64,000 nucleotides of DNA. It comes from Eledone cirrhosa. Lineage: Eukaryota. The DNA is taken from positions 120,714,001-120,778,000 of the forward strand of contig OZ024743.1 in NCBI GenBank assembly GCA_964016885.1. The letters run 5' to 3'. The notes under the pieces were generated by a model. That model did not search any database. It was not told the DNA's origin and was given only the letters and a program-made list of their open reading frames with translations. The position numbers and the translations under genes are program-made. Every line of letters starts with the position of its first letter. Positions within the stretch are counted from its first letter, which is position 1. This document shows positions 56,869-64,000 of the stretch, piece by piece.

Positions 56869-57953
56869 TTCCTTTCAATAAAATCATAATTCACAATGCA
56901 TAGTTTAATTACTGGTATTTCCACGTGTTATTCCTGCAGTGAGTAAACACCCCTAATATTTCTTCAAATATAGGATGAAGTGGCGGTGCTATTTAATTTG
57001 GATAAGGCATATGTTCACCTATGTTGTGAAGACCACTTTAGTAATAATGGCAATATATGGTTCATGTTCCTTGCTACCCATATTATTTACATGATCCAAG
57101 AAATATATGAAGGTGTTATTGTAGATTGCTTAAGTTTATACCTACAAAGATATCTGGAATAATTTCTCGATGGGAAAGGAGAGGATGATTTAGTGAAGAC
57201 ACATGGGTCTCGGTAATACAGAGAACTACTATATCATGTCTGTATTATTGAATTTACGAGCTTCGTGAAAGACACATACGATGTCACTCTTGCTAATAAT
57301 TTGGGAAAAAAGATATGAAGGTAAAAGTCGATTTTGAAGGATTCGGGAGAAGGGATTTTCATTGTATATTGCAGAAGTCAGGTGAAATACATGCTATTGA
57401 AGGAGAGATCATAACCTGAGTATAAGACATATTAAGCAATGCCGGATATTAAGTGTTAACTGAGATTCGCATTGGCGACTACGGAACGAAAGGAATGAAG
57501 AAGAAAAGGAACCATTACTTAAGAAACCTAAGCTATTCGGTAACATTATATCGTACATTGATTTGTCAACAGAAGATAATAGTCAACAATAATATCAACA
57601 TCGTATATCCTTAAAAGAATATTACCTGGAAGTAGAATAAACAAGGTAAACAACAGAAACTCGATTCTTTCCTGAATAAACCACCTGTATTACTTAAATG
57701 TGAAGCTGATAAATATGCTCGCTCGTCGGTGACGAGTAGCAGAGTAACACCAGCATTCAAGTAAATGAAGATTACGCAGTATGATCACAACCTCTATCTA
57801 CCATATAATGGATATCAAAATTGGTTGTGATCAGAACCAATATCACGAGATATTCTATCTGTCGTGCTAACATTTGAAAACATACGTCCCCCATACAGCT
57901 ATCAACCTTTCCTCTTCTGATGATCTTGTTTTCTGCCCACTTCCCTCTCCAAT

Positions 57954-58038
<85 letters not shown>

Positions 58039-58447
58039 GTATCCACCATCTGAGAGAGGAATCAACGTCTTTTCATTCGTTAAACAACACGTGATGTTCC
58101 GAGAAGACACTCACTTTAATCATTGCGGCATTTTTATTTCTCCATACAAGCATTTAATTATTAAATTAATGAAAGATTATAATTGTAAATGATTAGAAAC
58201 GTTATATCATTTATACATTTAAAAAATTAATATTTCTTACGTGTCCTATATCTGTAGACAGCATATTCATATTTCTGTGACTTGTATGCCAACGCTGTGT
58301 AGTAATATAATAAGAGAAAGACAATATAGACAATTAATTAATTATATTATATTCATGCAGTATTTTAAAATAATTGCCTTCATTTCACCTACGAACGTTG
58401 GAGAGAAAGAGAAAACAATTCCTTCTCCCCCCTCACTGTAGCTCCCC

Positions 58448-58938
<491 letters not shown>

Positions 58939-58939
58939 T

Positions 58940-59228
58940 TGGTATAGTCGTTAGAGCACCAGATAGAAAGCTTGAAGTATACATTTCAGCTGTCTGTTCT
59001 CTGAGATCATACCCCGACGAGGTCAACTTTGCCTTTCATCCTTTCGAGGTCAATAAAAAAAAGTCAAGTAATGGGGACTGTTCTTCCTCGATTTCTCTTT
59101 TTCACTTCTCTGGAAGAAATCTGCTGTGTTCAAACTCGGAGAAGGATGGATCCACCAGATTTAAAAGATGTCATAGAAAGGCCATATGTGAATATGCCGC
59201 CCCTACGATTCCCCCAGGAGCTACGGTA
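58940..59228 (+). mobile_element. SINE family A2
   Basis: cgaggtcaactttgcctttcatcctttcgaggtc head plus the tail shared with 17622-17945. Confidence 0.75.
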
Positions 59229-59236
59229 CCATGTAT

Positions 59237-59272
<36 letters not shown>

Positions 59273-59279
<7 letters not shown>

Positions 59280-59726
59280 TCTTTAAGTCGTTTGAAAGCC
59301 CCGACAATGCAAATGGGTAAATCTCCGGGTAACAAGATCCGGTGGTGGAGAGAGAGATGTAAGTGGGTGTACGTTGAGATGCGTGGTGTGTAAAGATGTG
59401 TAAATGTGTAGAAGAAAGAAGGGAAGAGTATAAAGGATAAAATAAAAATAACAACACAAGAGAGAGTTACCTTGGGAGAGATTTAATAGTCCCTATATAT
59501 TTCGGATTCACTTTATACACTTCCCTTTATACTCTTCCCTTCTTTCTTCTACACATTTACACATCTTTACACACCACGCATCTCAACGTACACCCACTTA
59601 CATCTCTCTCTCCACCACCGGATCTTGATACCCGGAGATTTACCCATTTGCATTGTCGGGGCTTCCAAACGACTTAAAGATATTTATTTATTATTCCACA
59701 ATTCTTCAAGCAAACTTCAATACTCT

Positions 59727-59729
<3 letters not shown>
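59273..59729. mobile_element. Fold-back element within (TA)n with a half hammerhead in the spacer
   Basis: 164-bp arms 59273-59436 and 59524-59687 (2 mismatches seen); about 42-nt 3' extension. Minus strand of the spacer reads cc GAA ATATAT A ggga (59490-59505). Confidence 0.88.
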
Positions 59730-59802
<73 letters not shown>

Positions 59803-60262
59803 TACATTACCGAGATTCGTATTTCGGCTTTGGAAATTAGTGAAAAACAAGCTCCGAGATGTGGCAAGCGCTGAATAATTCTAACGAACCAGAGCTACAT
59901 CATACGTTAAAAGGCCAAACACACTGAGACGTTGGTTAAACCATTATCCGCACAGCCATAGAAACGACCAAGTAATTCGGGTCAAACAAATAAAAAAATA
60001 TGATTGAAAAATTTACCCGGACCCCTGGATGGTTGGTAAAAATCCACCATTTGAGTTTCTGCGACTCCTAAATCAAGTACTGTCCGCTTAGACAAATAAT
60101 GTTAGGCTTCAGGTAAGATGGTTGAACAAGGAAGTCACTTTCTCAACAGGTTTTAGTTCAAGTGCCAGGCCAAGGATTGACCATTACCAATACCCACGTG
60201 GGGCTCGACAAGGGAGGCAACCCTTATTTTTGGCGGATGAATTCAGTATGTGTATATTATTG

Positions 60263-60326
<64 letters not shown>

Positions 60327-60345
60327 TAATGAATAATCAGGCTAT

Positions 60346-60398
<53 letters not shown>

Positions 60399-60451
60399 GA
60401 AAAAGTGGAGAATTAACATGTTCAACAGTACAAAAAAGGGGATTTATTTAC

Positions 60452-60559
60452 AGTCTCTCAATTGTTTCTCTGATAAAGTTGTCTAAACATTGCTGAACAC
60501 TAGAAGCAGTGCCACTCAATTTCAAATACAATGCTAGCTCGATCAGATCTTCAGAAACT
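60452..60559 (-). ncRNA. Hammerhead relic with mutated cleavage triplet
   Basis: Minus strand agttt | CTGAAGA | tctgat...atcaga | GAA | ACAATTGA | G | agact. Stems I and II pair, but the expected UH is absent; about 60 nt from (TA)n. Confidence 0.6.
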
Positions 60560-60673
60560 CTTCAACAGATTTAATTCCACAACAACCTTACTTGAGAACA
60601 CGTGTTTCAGAGAATCCTTTTTAGGTGAAATACATGGTCTCAAGCATGTCTTGGTAATTGTTGTAGAATTAAC

Positions 60674-60957
<284 letters not shown>

Positions 60958-61099
60958 TCGGACGTGAAAGTGGAAGGATATCGCCATATAGCATCAATAA
61001 TGCTCGGGACAGCGTTCTTAATCACCGAAACCATTATGGCGTGCTTATAAAGGGGCTTTCTTACAGGGCAAGCTGAATCTTATTCATCCATCCAACCAT

Positions 61100-62190
61100 C
61101 CATCCATACACACATGATGGCTGCAAACTCTGCTAAAGAGTATTGCAATCGCTTGTCAGATTCAGAAGTGTGACGCTCGGATATGGCTTTCAAGTCTGTT
61201 AGAGGTTTGCACTCCTTCGCACATTGACGACAACTATGGATCTCCCTGGCCCCAGGTCTTGCATCAGGTTGTCTGTGAACCTTCACAATACTGTGGAGAT
61301 CATAGTTCACTCGTTCTCTTTGAACATGGCTGCGATTGTGGTCCCTGAGACCAGATTTTCTCAAGCAAAGGTTTCCACACTCAGGGCATTTCAATTCAAC
61401 GGAGACACCGATCGTTTCGAGAGATACACAAGAGCATTGCTTACGCACACCCCGTTTGGGAATCATTGAAGAAAACCATCTATGATGTTAGTGCTGGAGC
61501 GTTAGGTCATACCGATAGAAACCATAAGGACTGGTTCGATGAAAATGATGCAGTGATCCAGGCCTTGCTTGAAGAGAAAAACAAAGTGCTGACATCATTG
61601 TTGTGTGAAACACGTTCTGATATGACATACATACATACATGATGGCTGTCCCCTCGTTATCGAGTATGACCATTATATTGTGCAATGCCTGTGCAGTTTT
61701 TAAAGTGAGGAAAGACTGTGCACTGAGCCAATCCCACTCTCTGAGCGACAGTAGCCTGAAAAGAAGAAAAGATCAACATCATCGGTAAAAAACCGCAGGT
61801 TTTATATCGGAGTTTTCCAAGTTTCCTGAGTTGCCTTCTCCTAGAAGAATGCCCTGACAAAGGCTAGGGGTCCTTCACTCCCAGTGGTTTAACCGCGCGG
61901 TACATGTGTATATACATATTTACACACTTTCGGATGGCCGTTGACTCTTATGAGTTCTTCCGCTTTTTGTCAGGTTATGTTTTTTGTCCTGCAGGGTGTC
62001 CAAAATCACCCTCCTCACCAAGTAAACTTGGTGGGGTTGCCGGTTTAGTCGCCGACGACCCGACCATACCACAGGATGTACTGGGTTACATGTTACCAGT
62101 AGCACTCAAGAGTGACCCGACATACATACATACGATAGTGGTACACGTCGATGATACTTTCTGTCTACTCCAGTGGAACATTTTGTGACA
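61100..62190. mobile_element. Cluster of RTE-like LINE fragments with (CATC)/(CATA) tails
   Basis: Minus ORF with C2H2-like CPECGNLCLRKSGLRDHNRSH; plus-strand LGHTDRNHKDWFDENDAVIQALLEEKNK at about 61500-61586; repeated catgatggctg ends next to tetranucleotide repeats. Confidence 0.6.
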
Positions 62191-62299
62191 GGTGATATAT
62201 TACTTTTATAAAGGGTTGGGAATTTAAGCCGAATAAAGTCAGGTTATAATAATATCGGTGTTATACTTCCTCTACGTACATAGGCAGTATCCTCATGTG

Positions 62300-63150
62300 A
62301 TTACGTTTGGGTAGCCCTGCTGTGACAAGCTGCCGCTTTGTTGATGGAGGTGAATGTGGCTGATTTAGACTCTGATGGAATATGTAGTGAATAATATCAT
62401 CTAGACTAATATGCATGAAATTGACATTGGTCTCGTTAAAATCTGTGATATTTATGTGTAATTGGAAGTTGGTTATTTATGAAGGACAGGTAATTCTAAG
62501 GTATGTTTGTGGCTGCGTTTATTGTGTTCGTGGTATCAGAGTGCGTTGAACCAAAGTTTGTGGCTTTTCCTACTTATTTCTTTTACTATTTTCCGATTAT
62601 AGCCATTTCTTGGTAGTGCGTCCTCATAATAAGAGAAGGCATGTTTGAAAATATCCATGGAGATTATCATACTTATGTTATTTGCTATACTTTAATGATA
62701 CTAGCGTAATAATATTTATGTATGTAATTTTCTCGTTTGAAATGTTTGCTTGTAGGCAGATCTAGAGTAATGTTTAAAGCGTTAAGTATGTTTGAATTAG
62801 TGTTGAAGGGAATATAGAAATAATATTCCTTAAACATGCCATTTTCAAATACTTTATGTATTATGTCTTAATATAAACCTATTGGAGAATTCCTAAGATG
62901 AAAGCGTTTAAGGATTCAAAAATACATTGATTAAAATATTTGCCGCAGCAGTGCATCTGCCTGTAGATACTTCGAACTGTTGGTTGCTCTCTTTCGTAAT
63001 CCAGTTTAAAATAAAGAGGCATGTCGTGGTATTAAGTAATTCTGGCAATAAAATGGTTCCTGAATGTCATGGTTTATAAAGGAAGATATTGAGATATAGT
63101 CAAGTATCGGGTAAATTAAGAGGTAGCTTTGTTTTCCATAGTGTCGAACC
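62300..63150 (-). mobile_element. Degraded Penelope-like reverse transcriptase region
   Basis: Ordered minus-strand remnants WITKESNQQFEVSTG (63003-62959; cf. W.KK..FDVTMG), IGLY*D (cf. GLYRDD), LNITLDL, YYEDALPRNGY and PITHKYHR. Confidence 0.65.
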
Positions 63151-63614
63151 ACTTGGTAATTCTGATATTGGAATTCCGTTGTGCTTTTCTTGTAGCATTT
63201 ATAAATCTTAAGTTGAATTTATTATATATATATATTGTAGTTTTCTGTTCTTTACTTTTGCATATAGTGGAACACTAGAACTATATAATACTAGGAATAA
63301 AGAAAATACATTTTAGAATATAATTAGTACAAGGGCTTAGAATAATTAGAATATCGAAATGTAAGATAATAAGAAACAACTAACACGATTAGAATCGGTT
63401 ATAACTATAGGATAGATTGTTTAAGGAGCTCTCTCTAACGAATTATAGAGGGTAAACGCTGCCTTCCAAGTTGGAAATTGGTTGGAGAGATCTGATTAAT
63501 AAAATCTGTAAAGACAATTTAATCATCATTTTACAAATAACCCGACACAAATCAGTAATTATTCTTTTTATCTGTTTGTCTGCTGTCTCCCCCCATCTCT
63601 CTCCCACTCTCTCT

Positions 63615-63710
<96 letters not shown>

Positions 63711-64000
63711 CCAGGTACAAACACATAAATATATATTAATTAGAACAAGGCATACACTTCCACACAGAGAAAGTTGATTTCCACAGGCAAAGACTACGCC
63801 TGATTCCTAGGTTGCATACTTCAGGAGTAAGCATCCCAACGTTGTGGGGTCTGCCGTACATCTAGGAAACTTCAACTAATGTAACTCTGAATCAATGCGT
63901 TAATACAAATATTTAATTTATGAGTTGAGTGGTCTTTTCTCTTCTTTCTTTAGTATACTATATCTATATCTATCCATCCATCATTCTATCTATCTATCTA

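Noticed and set aside
57917-57923. CTGATGA as a hammerhead core
   Set aside because: No GAAA or pairing stems downstream.
59798-60265. Unique insert between (TA)n tracts as another hammerhead element
   Set aside because: Only CTGAAGC on the minus strand, with misplaced stems; no inverted arms seen.
63800-63880. ctgat-tcctag...ctaggaaac hammerhead-like fold near (TA)n
   Set aside because: Core incomplete and no stem III or stem I.

Overview
Eukaryotic, AT-rich, repeat-dense genomic DNA. The repeat families and the receptor type suggest a mollusc, probably a cephalopod (inference). The only host gene I can support is a + strand nicotinic acetylcholine receptor alpha-type subunit. Three internal exons (17042-17253, 20630-20739, 23523-23974) splice in frame. 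It has an anion-channel-type PAK motif before M2; exon 1 and the M2-M4 exons are not visible. The rest is intron filled with retroelements that sort by microsatellite. R4/Dong-like RLE LINEs, Tx1-like LINEs and a tRNA-type SINE stack in (TAA/ATT)n with fixed relative polarity. A set of mutually dissimilar short elements sits in or next to (TA)n. These carry type I hammerhead ribozyme folds with palindromic stem III, often inside long fold-back inverted repeats, and one is linked to a Penelope-like GIY-YIG remnant. A strong candidate recursive splice site (branch point, pyrimidine tract, AG|GTAAGT) lies at 40093/40094 in the long intron. All alignments and folds were done by eye, so coordinates of degraded elements are approximate.
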